64,000 nt of DNA from Candidatus Heimdallarchaeota archaeon. Lineage in GTDB: Archaea > Asgardarchaeota > Heimdallarchaeia > Heimdallarchaeales > Heimdallarchaeaceae. Below, in pieces: positions 62,238 to 64,000 of this stretch. The notes under the pieces are model-generated. The model was not told the origin of the DNA and did no database searches. It saw nothing but the letters and a program-made list of their open reading frames with translations. The position numbers and the translations under genes are program-made. How positions within the stretch are numbered: position 1 is the first letter of the stretch; each line of letters opens with the position of its first letter. The stretch covers positions 1-64,000 of the forward strand of contig JAEOTE010000090.1 in NCBI GenBank assembly GCA_016839945.1, given 5' to 3'.

Positions 62238-62782
62238 AAAGAACTTATCCAGTCTTTCGTAAATCATCTAACGAAGAAGAAAAGCTTGTTAAGGAAACTT
62301 TTGATTATTTTCTTGACAAAGAATCCACCAATCCACTTGATAACTACCATTTATGGACCAAGGAAGGAAAAATAAAAGAGATATATGCAATCCCTGAAGA
62401 AACAAACAAATTATTGCAGAACATGAACAAACCTATTTATTCATCTGGAATCCCATTGGGAAGTATCTTTCAAAATAAATTTCAATTAGAAATTGAAGGC
62501 GCTCATCTAATATTGCCACTCACTAACAAAATCATAGAAATTAAAACAGAACAATTTCTTTATGGAAAACCTATTTTTGTTGAAAATATAGAAAACTTCG
62601 AAACAAGCTTTGAAGAGGGAGATCTATTAATAATTGTGGGTAGAAACAAGCTTCATTATGGTATCGGCATCTCTAGAATTAGTTCGAAAAACATACAAGA
62701 TGCTAAAAGAAATGCGATTTTAATTAAGGAATTTGAAAAGAAACCAAGAGACAGAGGATGGTACCTGAGATACGGAAATTAA
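62234..62782 (+). CDS. Nip7-like PUA-domain ribosome biogenesis protein
   Basis: G..LG, FLYGK, G.G, DRGWYLR; 4-bp overlap with the Nop2 homolog. Confidence 0.8.
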   Translation: MKRTYPVFRKSSNEEEKLVKETFDYFLDKESTNPLDNYHLWTKEGKIKEIYAIPEETNKLLQNMNKPIYSSGIPLGSIFQNKFQLEIEGAHLILPLTNKIIEIKTEQFLYGKPIFVENIENFETSFEEGDLLIIVGRNKLHYGIGISRISSKNIQDAKRNAILIKEFEKKPRDRGWYLRYGN

Positions 62783-62966
62783 TGATAAAGTTTCTCTAAA
62801 TATATTCATTTATTACTAAAGTTGATTATTTAGTGAAAACAAGAGATAACAAAAAATATTTAAATATAGTTTGAAGCGTTAATTTAGTTTTATCAACGTT
62901 ATTTACAAATATGAGGCTTCATTCTGTTGCATATTTGTTCTATGATAAAAATAAGGGTTGGACATA

Positions 62967-64000
62967 TTGAGCTATAAAGAAGTATTAGAGCAGATTTCCG
63001 CAGACATACATGAAGAATTACCTGATAATTCCGAGATAAGTAGAATCGAATTTGAAGGTCCTGAAGTTGCAGTTTATTCACGAAATCCAAAAGTTTTAGT
63101 TGATGATGAAACAATAATCAAAGAACTTGCAAAGAAATTAAGAAAAAGAATTGTTATTAGATCAGATCCAGATGTAAGACTCCCAAAAGACCAAACAATA
63201 TATCTAATAAACGAACTAGTAGGGAAGGAAGGAGAAATTACTACAATAGATTTTGATGAGCTAGTTGGTGAAGTTGTAATTGAAGCACTTAAACCTGGTG
63301 TCATTATTGGAAAATCTGGTGATATGTTAAGATCGATTATTTCAAAGACTCTTTGGCGACCTCGAGTAATGAGAACACCACCAATTGAATCAAAAGTGAT
63401 AAAAACTATTAGACATCTCTATCAGAAACATTCAAAGAAAAGGCAAGATATACTTCGAGTTATTGGAAAACGTATTCATAGACCTGTTATTTACAGAGAT
63501 GACACAATAAGAGTAACAGCTTTGGGAGGTTTTGCTGAAGTAGGTAGGAGCGCTGCTCTAGTTCAAACTGGAGAGAGTAGAGTTCTAGTAGATTGCGGAA
63601 TCAATGTAGGAAGCAATACACCAAACAACACTTTTCCAAGGTTTGATTTACCTGAATTTGACATAGAAGAATTGGATGCAGTGGTGGTTTCCCATGCACA
63701 TTTAGATCATTCGGGTTTTGTTCCATATCTCTTTAAATATGGTTACAAAGGCGCAATTTATGCCACACGACCAACAAGAGATTTAATGACAATGTTACAA
63801 ATTGATTATTTGGATGTAGCTAACAAAGAAGGAAAAACTCTTCCTTATGAACAAGATGACATTCGTGAATCTGTATTGCATACAATTGTTTTAGATTATG
63901 GTGAAGTCACAGATATCACACCAGACATAAGATTAACTTTTCATAACGCAGGACATATAGTTGGAAGTGCAATTCCACACCTTCATATAGGTGAGGGGAT
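62967..64000 (+). CDS. fttA: aCPSF1/FttA beta-CASP ribonuclease (3'-truncated; absent from the ORF track)
   Basis: Read manually from TTG 62967: SYKEVL...IEFEGPEVAVYSRNP, KH domains (KPGVIIGK), LGGFAEVGRS, DCG, SHAHLDH, NAGHIVGS. Confidence 0.93.
   Translation, partial: MSYKEVLEQISADIHEELPDNSEISRIEFEGPEVAVYSRNPKVLVDDETIIKELAKKLRKRIVIRSDPDVRLPKDQTIYLINELVGKEGEITTIDFDELVGEVVIEALKPGVIIGKSGDMLRSIISKTLWRPRVMRTPPIESKVIKTIRHLYQKHSKKRQDILRVIGKRIHRPVIYRDDTIRVTALGGFAEVGRSAALVQTGESRVLVDCGINVGSNTPNNTFPRFDLPEFDIEELDAVVVSHAHLDHSGFVPYLFKYGYKGAIYATRPTRDLMTMLQIDYLDVANKEGKTLPYEQDDIRESVLHTIVLDYGEVTDITPDIRLTFHNAGHIVGSAIPHLHIGEG

Noticed and set aside
62899-63304. Two minus-strand ORFs at the window end
   Set aside because: Shadows of the plus-strand aCPSF1 gene, which the ORF track missed because it runs off the window.

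Overview
AT-rich, gene-dense archaeal chromosomal segment, most consistent with an Asgard archaeon (Heimdallarchaeia-like; this is inference from gene content). It combines archaeal information-processing genes (aIF-2beta, aIF-1A, RIO1, Dim2/Pno1-like KH, NMD3, MetRS, Nop2/Nip7, aCPSF1/FttA, Trm112, G1P dehydrogenase, intron-containing tRNA-Trp) with eukaryotic-signature-type proteins (ribophorin I, Yip1) and bacterial-type enzymes (GyrA, MutS/MutL, MetK, DegV, heterodimeric ABC exporter). No CRISPR array, transposase or prophage was seen. Best finding: a free-standing box C/D guide RNA (minus strand, ~19467-19594) 36 nt downstream of tRNA-Trp(CCA). Its two 9-nt guides are perfectly complementary to the two exon/intron junctions of that pre-tRNA and, by the D+5 rule, target C34 and C39. 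These are the positions that in Euryarchaeota are methylated by a guide encoded inside the tRNA-Trp intron, whereas this 34-nt intron has no C/D boxes. Other highlights: a TGTGYR-N7-YRCACA operator repeated beside three TATA boxes, linking thioredoxin to two Cys-rich HTH regulators; an exosortase/archaeosortase glycosylation island built around a BpsA-like aminopropyltransferase and a PLP decarboxylase; a structured ~200-nt metG leader; and a GyrA with a shortened HPHGD/QRDR loop.
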